DNA of 64,000 nt from Lentimicrobiaceae bacterium (GCA_023227965.1 JALOCA010000006.1:16998-80997); one strand, 5' to 3'. Positions 1 to 11,229 are shown, counted from the stretch's first letter. Program-made: numbers and translations. Notes: a model not told the origin generated them from the sequence alone.

Positions 1-1541
1 TAAGGAGATGTATTTTGTGCAATTTCAACAGTAATCTGGTCGGCTATTTTTCCCGGAAACTTATTACCACTATTGTCCTGTACTTTATGCATGGACGTAC
101 CATTTGGATTTACCAGTCCTTCGAGCAGTATCGTACCATGCACAAAATTTACATTTTCGGCATAGGCATGAATACATAAGTCCCACATATAGTCAGGATT
201 GGCAGCAAGCTGGTACCATGAACCAGGATTTCCTGTATCGCTTACCCAGTGAACTCCTGTTTGTATTGTAGGTGCTGAATAATCTGAAACTGCACATTCT
301 ATTGGGATAGGATAGTTGTAACCAGGGGTGTAATATTTAACTTTTATATAAAAATCATTGCCCTGATTGATGTTTAGGGCTGAAGAAAGATTGAAAGTAT
401 AATATCCCGGGAAGTCGTAAGTTTGTTCGGCTACGGTGTATAATAAATTTGATAGAACTCCTGTTGCTGGGTTGAAGTTGTCGTAAATTTCAAGTTTAAG
501 ACTCGCATTGCCAGAAGGTAAGTAAGTCCCGATACTTTTAATCTGCTGGTAATCACCTGCAATATATTTTACCAAACCATAACCTGTTGGAATATCGTAG
601 CCCATGTCGGAACATTCGCCAAGCTCATCGTTTAAATAAATCTGAGAATTGCTGTTCAATTGAATACTTGTTGTCCATATTGCATTGTAATCCAATATAC
701 TTGCATCATTATATGAAATATAGAAAAAACCATTTTCGCCCCAGGATATGCCCCAACTATTTTTAATTATCCATGCACCGGTTCCTCCTGCCGTAGTTTT
801 ATTATCGTCCCATCCAACAATAGTTACAGCATGGTTAACTCCAGAAGTGCCATTGTAAAAATATGTTTTATCCGTTGAATTGTAGTAAGTACCGCTCCAG
901 TAAAACATGGTGTAAACGGCTCCGTAATTGAGTAATATTTGTTTTATAATATTGACATTATTTGGCAGAAATCGTGCATTGGTAATAAAAGATACAGGGG
1001 TTAAACCTGTCAGGCAACTTTGTTCAATATCAAAATAAGGGTCGTCAGTTTCCTGAATGGCGCCTGCCCTTCGGGCAAAATAAGCCGTCGAAAGAAAATG
1101 GTTTCCTCCAAAACATGGTGTCCATTCAAAACCATGGCAATTCTTCAGATTGTTTTCCGAAAGATCAAATTCGCCCAATCCTAATTTTTTCCACCTCGAT
1201 TCCACCGAACCCATTGTAGCAAATGCCCAACATGAGCCACAGTCTTCCTGATTTTTTACGGAAGTAAGCAAACCATTGGTTCTCATATCATAAACGGCAG
1301 GATAGTCCATTGCACCTTTGTTGTATTTTGCCATTAAGTTATCAAAATTGTTTTTTATAACGGGAGGAATGCCACCAAGGGTGTGCCCTTCAGAAGTTAT
1401 TTTTGCTGGTTCGGATTTCCTTTTATCCTCGTTAAATTTAATAAAATCAGGATTTACAGGAGCTTTTTGAGGTGCAATCTGACTGAAAAGTTGTAGTTGA
1501 CAGCTAAAAAACAAGATAAAAATAAAAAAGTGAGTTTTCAT
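1..1541 (-). CDS. Secreted papain-like C1A cysteine peptidase with lectin-like domain; runs off the left edge (3' partial)
   Basis: Not in the ORF track because there is no stop in the window. Manual translation from ATG at 1541: signal-like MKTHFFIFILFFSC, then YDMRTNGLLTSVKNQEDCGSCWAF (catalytic Cys), NHAVTIVGWDD (His) and WIIKNSWG (Asn). Confidence 0.88.
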   Translation of the reverse strand, partial: MKTHFFIFILFFSCQLQLFSQIAPQKAPVNPDFIKFNEDKRKSEPAKITSEGHTLGGIPPVIKNNFDNLMAKYNKGAMDYPAVYDMRTNGLLTSVKNQEDCGSCWAFATMGSVESRWKKLGLGEFDLSENNLKNCHGFEWTPCFGGNHFLSTAYFARRAGAIQETDDPYFDIEQSCLTGLTPVSFITNARFLPNNVNIIKQILLNYGAVYTMFYWSGTYYNSTDKTYFYNGTSGVNHAVTIVGWDDNKTTAGGTGAWIIKNSWGISWGENGFFYISYNDASILDYNAIWTTSIQLNSNSQIYLNDELGECSDMGYDIPTGYGLVKYIAGDYQQIKSIGTYLPSGNASLKLEIYDNFNPATGVLSNLLYTVAEQTYDFPGYYTFNLSSALNINQGNDFYIKVKYYTPGYNYPIPIECAVSDYSAPTIQTGVHWVSDTGNPGSWYQLAANPDYMWDLCIHAYAENVNFVHGTILLEGLVNPNGTSMHKVQDNSGNKFPGKIADQITVEIAQNTSP

Positions 1542-1580
1542 AGTTTAATCATTTAGCCAAAATTAATAAAAAATTTTGCA

Positions 1581-3815
1581 CTAATGACAAATCATTATTT
1601 TTTTCACAATTAATCCAATCCTGCAAAAATAAACCCCGGCATGCAATGTTGAAACATCGAGGCTTTCGCCATTGCAAATAATGCTTCGTTTTATTATTCT
1701 TCCTGTTAAATCAAAAATACTTATTTTGTAAGGTGATGAATTAGCGTCAAATGAATTTTTGATGAAAATAATCTGGTTTGCAGGATTGGGATAAACGAAA
1801 AATCTTTCAGCAATGCCGGGCTTTTCGTCAACATCCATTTCGGAAGAAGAAACACCCTGATAAAAGGTAACTCCACCCGAATAATTTCCTGCTATCATTT
1901 CCGGGTATCCATCGCCGTTGAGGTCTTTAACCGTAACAGCATTTCTGCTGCCATTATTTATGAAAAGTAATGGATTTTCAACGAGTGTAAAAGTGCCCGA
2001 CAGGTTGTTCGAAATATTATTGTAGTAAAAAATATTGCCAAATTCCGAGCCACAGAACAGACACATTTTTCCTTTTTTATCATGGAAAAAACAGGGTGTG
2101 GAAAATCCGTCGTACGATAACAGGGTATCCGTAACATCTACATTGCCTAAATTATCTGTAACGAAAGTGAAATAAGGCTGAGCTTGTGTTCCGGTATTTT
2201 GGTAAAAACTGATGGTACCGTCTTGTTTCCCAATAACAAGATCATTTAAACCGTCGCCGTTAAGGTCGAAAAACTGGGGGGCGCTGTAGCCCCCTACGTC
2301 AATGCCTGCAAAAAACATGTCTGCAATTTCGTATTGCGGCAACCCATTTTGTATTCCCGTATTTTTAAAAAATATTACATTTCCGGATGCATTTCCCAGT
2401 AATAAATCGGATTTCCCGTCGCCATCGAGGTCGGCAAAAGCAGGATATGCTGCCCTGATTTTTAATGATGAAATATTGCCTAAATCTTCAGTAATCAACT
2501 TGTAAACGGGAAGTTTTTCGCTGCCCGTGTTTTTGTAAAAGGCAAGTTGCGCATGGTAACGCGTAAAAAGACTTCCGTGTAACATCCAAGAAGAATCGAG
2601 AGTTCCATAGTTTCCGATAACCACATCGGTTAATCCATCGGCATCTATATCTTCAAAAACGGGGTAAGCTCCCGCTCCCGCATCTATCATATCTTTTTGC
2701 AGAAAATTTTTCCCTGATAAATAAAATTTAGGCAAAGTATTACTTCCATAATTATAATATAACCAGCAACTTTTTTTATTTTCAGCGTTATCAAAAGTGG
2801 GATCAAAAGGGGAAACAAAAAGGTCGTTAACATTATCATTATTTATATCGAGATAGGACGCGGCAGGAAATGAAATTAAATGCACTGCAGCAGGGGCAGG
2901 AAAAGCAGTATCTTGTGCTGTTATCAATGCAGAGTCGGTTGTCCCCCCGTTTTGGAGGGCTATCAATTGCGGATATCCCACATCTCCAATCAACAGGTCT
3001 TTCAGTCCGTCATCATTCAGGTCGAGGGTGAGCAGGGTAGAACCCGTATGTAAAAGGGGTATTGCGGGACGTGTATCCTGATTATAAGGGCATGGAACAT
3101 TAAGAGTGAGTATATTACTTTCGGTACCTTCACGGAAAAACCCCCAGCATTTTTCATCCAGAACAAAATCGAGGCTATCGCAATTACCATATTTTTCCAT
3201 GGAAATGTTTTTATGCAATTCCACGTACGATCCTAACCCGAAGAAAGTGAGGATATCAAGATCCCCATCCCCGTCAAGGTCATCAATCACAGGATAATCG
3301 GCTAATGTAACCAGCAGATTAACATACCCTCCGTATTGGTACGATAGCAAAAGAGGTGTTTCCAACCTGAAACGAGGCACACTGTCGGAAATATTTCTGA
3401 ATACTTTTATTCCACCTGTTGTGTAGGTAAAAATATCGGCTTTTCCATCGCAGTTGAAATCACGAAGAAGTACCCATTCTTTCAGTTCAGGAAAATACTT
3501 AATGTATCCGGGCGCAAAACTGTACAATGGTACTCCCTGTGTTCCTTTGTTTACAAAAGGAAGAATACGGTTGCCATTTCTGTCGAATGCGAGCAGGTCG
3601 TTAAGGGTGTCGTCATCAAGATGAATGTTCCCTAACTGGCAGGAATTTATACCGCCAGCCCAGGGAAAGGTATAAGGACTGCCATCAGATTTTTGCACTA
3701 CAACCGTATCGTTTCGTACAAAACCGAAATCGTGGTACTGCTGTGCCTGCAAAACCATGGGTATAAAAAAAGCAAAAAAAAGCTGAAAAATAACGAGTAA
3801 CGTATTTTTAATCAT
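1581..3815 (-). CDS. FG-GAP/VCBS-repeat protein with T9SS type A C-terminal sorting domain
   Basis: Signal peptide, many DxDGDGxxDL repeats, C-terminal VYPNPA...IFDLTGR...GVYF...KKI motif. Confidence 0.85.
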   Translation of the reverse strand: MIKNTLLVIFQLFFAFFIPMVLQAQQYHDFGFVRNDTVVVQKSDGSPYTFPWAGGINSCQLGNIHLDDDTLNDLLAFDRNGNRILPFVNKGTQGVPLYSFAPGYIKYFPELKEWVLLRDFNCDGKADIFTYTTGGIKVFRNISDSVPRFRLETPLLLSYQYGGYVNLLVTLADYPVIDDLDGDGDLDILTFFGLGSYVELHKNISMEKYGNCDSLDFVLDEKCWGFFREGTESNILTLNVPCPYNQDTRPAIPLLHTGSTLLTLDLNDDGLKDLLIGDVGYPQLIALQNGGTTDSALITAQDTAFPAPAAVHLISFPAASYLDINNDNVNDLFVSPFDPTFDNAENKKSCWLYYNYGSNTLPKFYLSGKNFLQKDMIDAGAGAYPVFEDIDADGLTDVVIGNYGTLDSSWMLHGSLFTRYHAQLAFYKNTGSEKLPVYKLITEDLGNISSLKIRAAYPAFADLDGDGKSDLLLGNASGNVIFFKNTGIQNGLPQYEIADMFFAGIDVGGYSAPQFFDLNGDGLNDLVIGKQDGTISFYQNTGTQAQPYFTFVTDNLGNVDVTDTLLSYDGFSTPCFFHDKKGKMCLFCGSEFGNIFYYNNISNNLSGTFTLVENPLLFINNGSRNAVTVKDLNGDGYPEMIAGNYSGGVTFYQGVSSSEMDVDEKPGIAERFFVYPNPANQIIFIKNSFDANSSPYKISIFDLTGRIIKRSIICNGESLDVSTLHAGVYFCRIGLIVKKIMICH

Positions 3816-4067
3816 AGCAGGTAAATGTAAACAAATTTTAATTTGTAATAAGTATTTTTATTCACCCTGAAAGGGAAAGGCATTTTAATAGAAAATATTT
3901 CCCAAAAACAGTAACCTTAGCATAATTTTCCTAAATTTTCATTTTAATGTTAAAAAACAACAAATTACACAATCTGAAAACTATTTATGTTATTTTTGCA
4001 CCCCATGAAAAATGGGAACGTATTTATTGAGAATGAACTAATATCATTGCATATTGTTTTAAAAGCC

Positions 4068-6743
4068 ATGTGTTTTTCAAAAAGGATTCTTTTATTGACG
4101 GTATTTCTGTTCCTGGTATTTTTTAATATTCGGGCACAGGATACGGTTAAGATAATGTATTATAATGTGCTAAATTATACTACTGCTAAAAACCAGTGGT
4201 TTCGTACGATTTTTGATTATTACCATCCTGACATAATGGTTCTGAGTGAAATGAATTCGGATGCTGATGCCGTTTCTATATTAAATCAGGTAATAAACCG
4301 TAATGGTGCAAACAACTATTCGAAGGCTGCATTTACCGATGGTCCTGATTCGGATAATGCCTTGTTTTATAATAATGAAAAAATTGGATTGTCGTTTCAG
4401 GATACCATTCAAACCGACTTGCGGCTGATTAACAGATATCACCTGTACCAACTTCCGGCAACCTCCGATTCAGTAATTTTTGATTGTTTTGGTACCCATT
4501 TAAAATCATCGAATGGTCCGTTTAATGAGCAAAAAAGGTATTTGGAATGTCTTGCTTTTAAAAATTATCTTGAAACGCAAACTACGGGGGAAAATATATT
4601 GTTTGGGGGTGATTTTAATTTTTACAGTTCATCGGAACCTGCTTATACCTTGCTCACAACTACCGGAAACTTCTTGCTGAATGATCCCGTAAACCGTCCC
4701 GGCAACTGGGACGACAATGCAGCTTTTGCCGACGTACATACGCAAAGTACACGTGTACGTGCTTTTGGTGGTGGAGCCACAAGCGGAATGGACAGTCGTT
4801 TCGATTTTATTCTTCTCTCTTCGGGTTTGATGACACAAACCTCATCTGTTCATTATATTCCTGATAGTTATTATCCCTTGGGAAACGACGGATTGCATTT
4901 TAATGATTCTCTGCTCCGGTTACCTCTTTCTGCAACTGTTCCCGACAGTGTAACTTATGCTCTTTACAATTTATCCGACCATTTGCCGGTGGTGTTGAAA
5001 ATAAAAGTTAACTCAACAATAGCCACGGGAAACACCCTGAATTTTTGCGGTTTTCCAGGAAATGGGTATGTTGCTACTCCTGTTGCAGCTTTTACCATAG
5101 AGGTACGGAATGCCGCAAATCAAGTCAACACGGCTTTTTCAGGTACTGTTACCCTTGCCCTTTCAGAAGGCAATGGTACGATGACGGGCACTTTATCAAA
5201 ACAGGTAGTAAATGGGATAGCTACATTTAATGATATTCAGTTCAGCACCATAGGCAATTACAGGATTGCAGCTTCTACGGTAAACGCAACAGCCGATACC
5301 TCTTCAGTTATTAAAATAATACCGGTACCCCAACCCGAAATGCAGGAATTAGTAATTCCCCGTTTTATGGGATGCAAAACAGCTTCCTCTGCAAATACAG
5401 CTCGAACACCGGTAGCTTTTTGTATTAGCTTGAATAATTTATCTCCCAACACTATGTACAATTTAAAAGCGGGCTTGGCACTTGTTAGCGAAGCCGCAAC
5501 CATTTTTGGTGCAGGTAATGTGTGGAATGGTACTTTTTCTTCTCAAACAATCACTAATGCATTTATTACAGATAATCAGGGATCAAGTGGTCCATTGTGG
5601 ATTTTTATTCAACCTACGGGTAATGGTACCCGCTTTGATGCGGGACAAGTACACAACCTGAGAATAGCTTATTACACAGGTTCCGTAGCTCCCGGGTCTC
5701 CTCTTTTTGTAGGTGAAAAAACCATAACAGCACTCGATATTGCACCAACAGCCCGTACTACTTTCGCAAACGACGACGGTGCTTTTATAAAAGGTTCGGC
5801 TGATGTTTCGGCAAACGGAAAATATGTTTTGCTTTTTAATAATGTTTCGGGAACCGGAGACCCGGTGTTTGCCTACCAGATACGAAATGCCATTCCTACC
5901 AGTGCTATACAAACGGGACTTCCTTCAATAATTAACGACGTTTACATGCAAAGCGGTACCAGCAATACGGGTGACTATTCTGCCGTAATTCCAATCGGCG
6001 CTAATAATCCGCAGGGAATACGCCGGATTGAAGCCAGAAATGCAGATAACACCATTTATGCATACAATACTGATGATGACGGAATTTGGTCGTCGGGTGC
6101 AAATACCACAACCATTGCACGCAAAAATGTTGCAACTATTACACTTGCAGACGCTCCGCTTATTCCGGTAAAAACACTTAATTTGAAGCTTTTTATCGAA
6201 GGGCTTTATAATGAAAACGGAACGATGAACTGTGCACGTAACGAAAATAATTTTCAGTATGCCAACAATATTGCCGATAAAATTACGGTAAATCTTCACG
6301 ATGAAATTTTACCATATTCCCCGGTTTTTAGTGCTTCCGATGTTTCCTTATTATCTGATGGAAACGCTACAGTACAATTTCCTGTTTCTTTTTCAAATAG
6401 TTATTACATAAGCGTCGCTCAAAGGAACAGCATTACCACATGGTCTGCTACCCCTGTTTCCATGGAAGCAGTAACCACCTTTTATGACTTTACTACCGCT
6501 GTTACCAATGCGTATGGTGATAATCTTAAACATGCTGGAAGTAATTTTTTGATTTTTAGCGGAGACATTAACCAGGACGGATTTGTGGATTCCGCTGATA
6601 TGTCCTTACTCGGTAATGATGCTACCAATTTTATTATGGGCTATCTTGCAACTGACATCAACGGCGACGGCTTCGTTGACAGTGCTGATATGACCATAGT
6701 TGATGACAACGCCGGAAATTTTGTTTCGAGTATTACTCCTTGA
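4068..6743 (+). CDS. Secreted endonuclease/exonuclease/phosphatase (EEP) family protein with Ig-like region and C-terminal dockerin-like module; start uncertain (3987/4005/4068)
   Basis: EEP motifs YNVLN, LSE, THLK, GGDFN, RFDFIL, SDHLPV. C-terminus has duplicated GDINQDGFVDSADM / TDINGDGFVDSADM. Confidence 0.8.
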   Translation: MCFSKRILLLTVFLFLVFFNIRAQDTVKIMYYNVLNYTTAKNQWFRTIFDYYHPDIMVLSEMNSDADAVSILNQVINRNGANNYSKAAFTDGPDSDNALFYNNEKIGLSFQDTIQTDLRLINRYHLYQLPATSDSVIFDCFGTHLKSSNGPFNEQKRYLECLAFKNYLETQTTGENILFGGDFNFYSSSEPAYTLLTTTGNFLLNDPVNRPGNWDDNAAFADVHTQSTRVRAFGGGATSGMDSRFDFILLSSGLMTQTSSVHYIPDSYYPLGNDGLHFNDSLLRLPLSATVPDSVTYALYNLSDHLPVVLKIKVNSTIATGNTLNFCGFPGNGYVATPVAAFTIEVRNAANQVNTAFSGTVTLALSEGNGTMTGTLSKQVVNGIATFNDIQFSTIGNYRIAASTVNATADTSSVIKIIPVPQPEMQELVIPRFMGCKTASSANTARTPVAFCISLNNLSPNTMYNLKAGLALVSEAATIFGAGNVWNGTFSSQTITNAFITDNQGSSGPLWIFIQPTGNGTRFDAGQVHNLRIAYYTGSVAPGSPLFVGEKTITALDIAPTARTTFANDDGAFIKGSADVSANGKYVLLFNNVSGTGDPVFAYQIRNAIPTSAIQTGLPSIINDVYMQSGTSNTGDYSAVIPIGANNPQGIRRIEARNADNTIYAYNTDDDGIWSSGANTTTIARKNVATITLADAPLIPVKTLNLKLFIEGLYNENGTMNCARNENNFQYANNIADKITVNLHDEILPYSPVFSASDVSLLSDGNATVQFPVSFSNSYYISVAQRNSITTWSATPVSMEAVTTFYDFTTAVTNAYGDNLKHAGSNFLIFSGDINQDGFVDSADMSLLGNDATNFIMGYLATDINGDGFVDSADMTIVDDNAGNFVSSITP

Positions 6744-6755
6744 AAACACCTTGTT

Positions 6756-8195
6756 TTATAGTATTTCCTCAATAGTAAAACCAAGTTTTAATAACTGTTC
6801 CGGCTTGAGAATTTTTCTGAGCTTTTCTTCATCTATGAAAGATAATAAAGCGTTTGCTTCGAAGATGGATATTTCCTCCGTTTTCATAACACGGGCAAGT
6901 TGTGATGCTTGGTGATAACCAATGTAGGGGATTAAAGCCGCGGTGATAGCCGGACTCAAAAATAACTTGTTTTCGGCGACAAGGGGAAGCACTTCCAGCC
7001 CGTCGAATAAATTGTTTTTTAAAGTTGTATTGCAAGCAATAAGGAGTTTCAGGCTGTCGAGCAGGGCATGACCAATAACAGGAATGTAAGCATTCAGTTC
7101 AAGACAACCTTGCGCGCACAACGAAGTAATCAATACATCGTTGGCATAAATTTTATGTGCGGCACTGATAGTGAATTCCGGGATTACAGGGTTAATTTTC
7201 CCGGGCATAATAGAACTCCCAACCTGGCGGTTGGGAATGCGGATTTCGTTTTGTGAAACAATATCTGCTGCAAGAAGCCGAAGGTCGGAAACAATTTTTT
7301 CAAGGTTAACGGCATGGGCTTTCAGGATGGCATGAATTTCGACAAAGATATCAAGATTGCTTGTGGCATCGGCAAGATTTTCGCTACGGGTTACCGGTAA
7401 TCCCGTGATTATTTGAAGGGTTTGTACCACATCCCTGATAAAAAACCGTGGTACTGCAACGCCCGTTCCGATGGCACTTCCTCCCAAGTTAACCACTTTT
7501 ATCCTTTCAAAACATTTGGAAATCCTCCACCAGTCGCGCGAAAATGCTTCACTGTACGTTCCGAAAAGTTTGCCATACGATGTTGGAACCGCTTCCTGCA
7601 TTTGGGTGTACCCTGTACGAAGAGTGTTTCTGTACCTGTTTTCAAGTGTTTCGATGCTATTACGGCTTTGATTAATAGAACCTTCCAAGTCATTGAGCAA
7701 AAGCATAATCGCAAGTTTCAGCGAAGTGGGAATTACATCGTTGGTACTTTGAAAAATATTGACATGCTCAATAGGGTCAATAAGCTCGTAATTTCCGGGT
7801 TTATTACCCAGTTTTAGCAAAGAGGCATTAGCAATAATCTCATTTATATTCATATTGATGCTTGTTCCTGCACCTCCGTTTACCGCAGGAACTATAAAAT
7901 TGTCAAAATATTTCCCCTCGCTTATTTCGCCGGCAACAGCAATCAAAACATCGAGATGCTCTTCCTTCATCAGTTTGAGCTGGGGAGGGAGTTCTCCATA
8001 TTTTTCTTTCAGCGCCTGGAAAAAATTTTTGCAACTCAGGTAACAGGCTAATTTTACTAAACCAACAGCCTTGTACCATTCTGGAAAAAAAGGAGTTGTG
8101 TCAGGGAAATTTTCTTTTGCCCGTAAAGAATGAATTCCGTACAAAACTGCATCAGGAATTTCTTTTGTTCCTATGTAATCTTTTTCTATACGCAT
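6756..8195 (-). CDS. aspA: Aspartate ammonia-lyase (fumarase/aspartase superfamily)
   Basis: MRIEKDYIG start, GGAGTSINMNINE, QSTNDVIPT and signature GSSIMPGKINP. Confidence 0.85.
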   Translation of the reverse strand: MRIEKDYIGTKEIPDAVLYGIHSLRAKENFPDTTPFFPEWYKAVGLVKLACYLSCKNFFQALKEKYGELPPQLKLMKEEHLDVLIAVAGEISEGKYFDNFIVPAVNGGAGTSINMNINEIIANASLLKLGNKPGNYELIDPIEHVNIFQSTNDVIPTSLKLAIMLLLNDLEGSINQSRNSIETLENRYRNTLRTGYTQMQEAVPTSYGKLFGTYSEAFSRDWWRISKCFERIKVVNLGGSAIGTGVAVPRFFIRDVVQTLQIITGLPVTRSENLADATSNLDIFVEIHAILKAHAVNLEKIVSDLRLLAADIVSQNEIRIPNRQVGSSIMPGKINPVIPEFTISAAHKIYANDVLITSLCAQGCLELNAYIPVIGHALLDSLKLLIACNTTLKNNLFDGLEVLPLVAENKLFLSPAITAALIPYIGYHQASQLARVMKTEEISIFEANALLSFIDEEKLRKILKPEQLLKLGFTIEEIL

Positions 8196-8324
8196 AGCGC
8201 TTTCTTTGTTGGGTAAAAGTACAAAAACATTCTATTTCCCGATTTATTTTGCATTTGGAATTGTCTGTAAAAATTTCGTAGGTTTGGAAAATAAAAATTA
8301 AGTGATTTATCGTCTCAAACCTGA

Positions 8325-11192
8325 ATGTTTGTACAACCATTTTTATTAAAAACTGCCGAATATCTCATTGATAATTACGGAAATAATATTAGTAACCTTT
8401 GTGTCGTTTTCCCCAACCGCAGAGCGGGATTGTTTTTGCAAAAATACCTTGGTCGAAAACTAAAAGAAACCATTTTTTTACCTTCGGTTTTTTCTTCCGG
8501 CGACTTCATGATGAAAATGGCGGATTGCCGCCTGGTTGACCCTATTGCTCTGCTTTTTGAACTGTATGCTGTACATTGTTCGATAGAAAAAGAAAACGCA
8601 TCGGCATTCGACGATTTTATGAGTTGGGCGCAACTGATGCTCAACGACTTTAATGAGGCAGACATGTATATGGTACAAACCACCGATTTATTCGGATATC
8701 TTACCGAAGCCAAAGCTCTGAAATTGTGGAATCCGGAAGGTATTGCTCTTACTGAATTCGAAATCCGGTACTTAAGGCTTTATAATTCTTTGCAAACCTA
8801 TTACACTTCGCTTGCTGAGCGGTTACAACAAAAAAATCTGGCATACGAAGGGCTGGCATACCGCCGCGCCGCCGAAAATATGCCTCTGAAAGTTCAAACT
8901 TTACCTTGGGAAAAAGTTGTTTTTGCTGGTTTCAATGCACTCACGAAAGCCGAAGAGGCAATTATCGAAATGCTGGTTGACCAAAAAAAAGGAGAACTTT
9001 TATGGGATTCGGACGTCTATTACACTGCTAATCCCATGCAGGAAGCTGGGAAATTTATCAGGGATTATCGTCTGAAGTGGAATGACCATGTATTTCGTTG
9101 GGAAGAAAATTTTCTTTCGGCTTTACCGAAGAAAATACAACTTATTGGTGTCCCTAATACTATAGGTCAGACTAAAATTGCAGGCGCGCTACTGCAAAAC
9201 CTGCCCGACCTGCCTGAAGAAGTTGAGAACACTGCCGTGGTTCTTGCCGACGAAAGCCTGCTCGTTCCCGTTTTAAACTCTATTCCGCAAAACATCAAAA
9301 AATGCAATGTTACCATGGGTTTCCCATTGAAACTTACCTCTTTATATAATTTGTTGGATAGCATCTTTACTCTTCACGAAAATACGTCTATATATACAAA
9401 TAAAAATAAAGATAATTTATTTCCGCAATATGGCGATAAATATTATTATCGTGATGTGCTAAAAGTACTTCTACATCCGTATATCAGGCAAATTATTGAA
9501 GTTATGGGAAGAGAAGATGTTCTGTTTTCCGCACAGCCGGTTTTGGATGAAAATAAAGTGTTTTTTGCGGCTGCAGATGTTTATAAATTGTTCACTAAAA
9601 CCCATTTTAAAAACCTCGATATTTTATTGCCTGTTTTTGACCCATGGAATGATAATGCCGGAACTGCATTGTTAAACCTGCAAAAAATAATTGATAACCT
9701 GAGAGTGGCATTAAAAAACTCTCAATCGGAAGATAAAGCTGTATCTATTGAAAATGAGTTTCTTTTTGCTTTTGCAAAATTAATAAAACGACTAAAAACC
9801 CTTCTGGAAAATTACGGAACGCTTTCAGTTGCCACATTGCACAAGTTTTTCAATCAGCTTTCCGGAACCACAAGCCTGCCATTTTACGGCGAACCTCTTT
9901 CGGGAGTGCAATTGATGGGTATGCTCGAAACGCGGAACCTCGACTTTAAAAATATTATTCTGCTTTCGGCAAATGAAAATACGTTACCTTCCGGAAAAAC
10001 AACCCATTCATTCATCCCCTATGACATCCGGAAAGAATTCGGTTTGCCTACCTACCACGACCGTAATGCTATTTTCGCCTACCATTTTTACAGACTTTTA
10101 CAACGGGCTGAAAATATTTATTTGGTTTACAATACACAATCAGATGAATTGGGTGGAGGAGAAAAAAGTCGCTTCCTGCAACAGCTCCTGCAGGAGTTAC
10201 CCGTAAAAAATCCGGAAGTGCAAATACACGAAACCATCGTTTCGCAGCCATTGGGTAGCGATACGACAAATTATTCAATCCAGGTGGCTAAGAACCGTTT
10301 TGTTTCCGACCGGCTGCTCGACATGGCAAAATCGGGTTTTTCTCCTTCTTCTTTAAGCGCTTATATCACATGTTCGCTCCGATTTTTCTACCAGGAAGTC
10401 ATCCGTCTCGGTGAGCCCGAAAAGGTGGATGAAACTATTGATGCGGCTACATTTGGAAAAATTGTCCACGCATCGGTTGGAGCTTTGCTGGGTAATTATA
10501 CAGGTAAACCATTACAAACGGAGTTTATTACAAGAGAAATACCCGGAGTGGAAGATGTGGTAAACCGGAAATTTGCAAGTATTTACAAAAGCAATGACAT
10601 CCGTTTGGGGAAAAATCTGTTAATGGCAAAAGTTGTTTGCCAGATGATTAAAAAGTACCTTTTGTATGAAAAAGAAGAAATAGAAATCCTTGGGAAAAAA
10701 GGAATACAGGTAGTAATTAACAAATTTGAACAAAAACTGCAATCCACTATCAGCGTGAACGGACTTGCTGTTCAACTCAAGGGCTTTGCCGACAGGGTAG
10801 ACACGCTAAACGGCAAAATACGGATAACCGATTATAAGACAGGACAAGTTACCCCTGAAGAACTAAAAATCAATGAAATTGAACAAGTATTTACTGATCC
10901 CGGCTTTTCAAAAGCCCTGCAGTTGTTGATGTATGCATATTTGTACCATCTGCAATTTTCATTGGAAAATCCACCCGAAACCGGTATCCTTTCAATGCGT
11001 AATCTGAGTAAGGGATTTATAAAACTGAAGATACATGACGAACCGGAACTTAGCAAAGCTTCGTTAACCGTTTTTGAAGAATATTTGAACATATTGCTAA
11101 GTGAAATTTTTGATACTCAAGTCCCTTTTACACAAACAAAAGATATAAATAACTGCAAATATTGTAATTACAAATTAATTTGTAACCGGTAA
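8325..11192 (+). CDS. AddB-like inactive-helicase / PD-(D/E)XK nuclease protein
   Basis: VVFPNRRAG N-terminus, GMLETRNLDF, SPSSL..YITC, KGFADRVD...ITDYKTG nuclease motif, C-terminal CKYCNYKLIC Fe-S cysteines. Confidence 0.8.
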   Translation: MFVQPFLLKTAEYLIDNYGNNISNLCVVFPNRRAGLFLQKYLGRKLKETIFLPSVFSSGDFMMKMADCRLVDPIALLFELYAVHCSIEKENASAFDDFMSWAQLMLNDFNEADMYMVQTTDLFGYLTEAKALKLWNPEGIALTEFEIRYLRLYNSLQTYYTSLAERLQQKNLAYEGLAYRRAAENMPLKVQTLPWEKVVFAGFNALTKAEEAIIEMLVDQKKGELLWDSDVYYTANPMQEAGKFIRDYRLKWNDHVFRWEENFLSALPKKIQLIGVPNTIGQTKIAGALLQNLPDLPEEVENTAVVLADESLLVPVLNSIPQNIKKCNVTMGFPLKLTSLYNLLDSIFTLHENTSIYTNKNKDNLFPQYGDKYYYRDVLKVLLHPYIRQIIEVMGREDVLFSAQPVLDENKVFFAAADVYKLFTKTHFKNLDILLPVFDPWNDNAGTALLNLQKIIDNLRVALKNSQSEDKAVSIENEFLFAFAKLIKRLKTLLENYGTLSVATLHKFFNQLSGTTSLPFYGEPLSGVQLMGMLETRNLDFKNIILLSANENTLPSGKTTHSFIPYDIRKEFGLPTYHDRNAIFAYHFYRLLQRAENIYLVYNTQSDELGGGEKSRFLQQLLQELPVKNPEVQIHETIVSQPLGSDTTNYSIQVAKNRFVSDRLLDMAKSGFSPSSLSAYITCSLRFFYQEVIRLGEPEKVDETIDAATFGKIVHASVGALLGNYTGKPLQTEFITREIPGVEDVVNRKFASIYKSNDIRLGKNLLMAKVVCQMIKKYLLYEKEEIEILGKKGIQVVINKFEQKLQSTISVNGLAVQLKGFADRVDTLNGKIRITDYKTGQVTPEELKINEIEQVFTDPGFSKALQLLMYAYLYHLQFSLENPPETGILSMRNLSKGFIKLKIHDEPELSKASLTVFEEYLNILLSEIFDTQVPFTQTKDINNCKYCNYKLICNR

Positions 11193-11229
11193 AATAATAA
11201 AATAAGTTCTTATTGATTGAATATTTTTT

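Noticed and set aside
8325..11192. Cas4 or anti-phage nuclease
   Set aside because: The Fe-S cysteines and PD-(D/E)XK motif sit at the end of a long inactive-helicase scaffold, as in housekeeping AddB-like proteins; there is no defence context.
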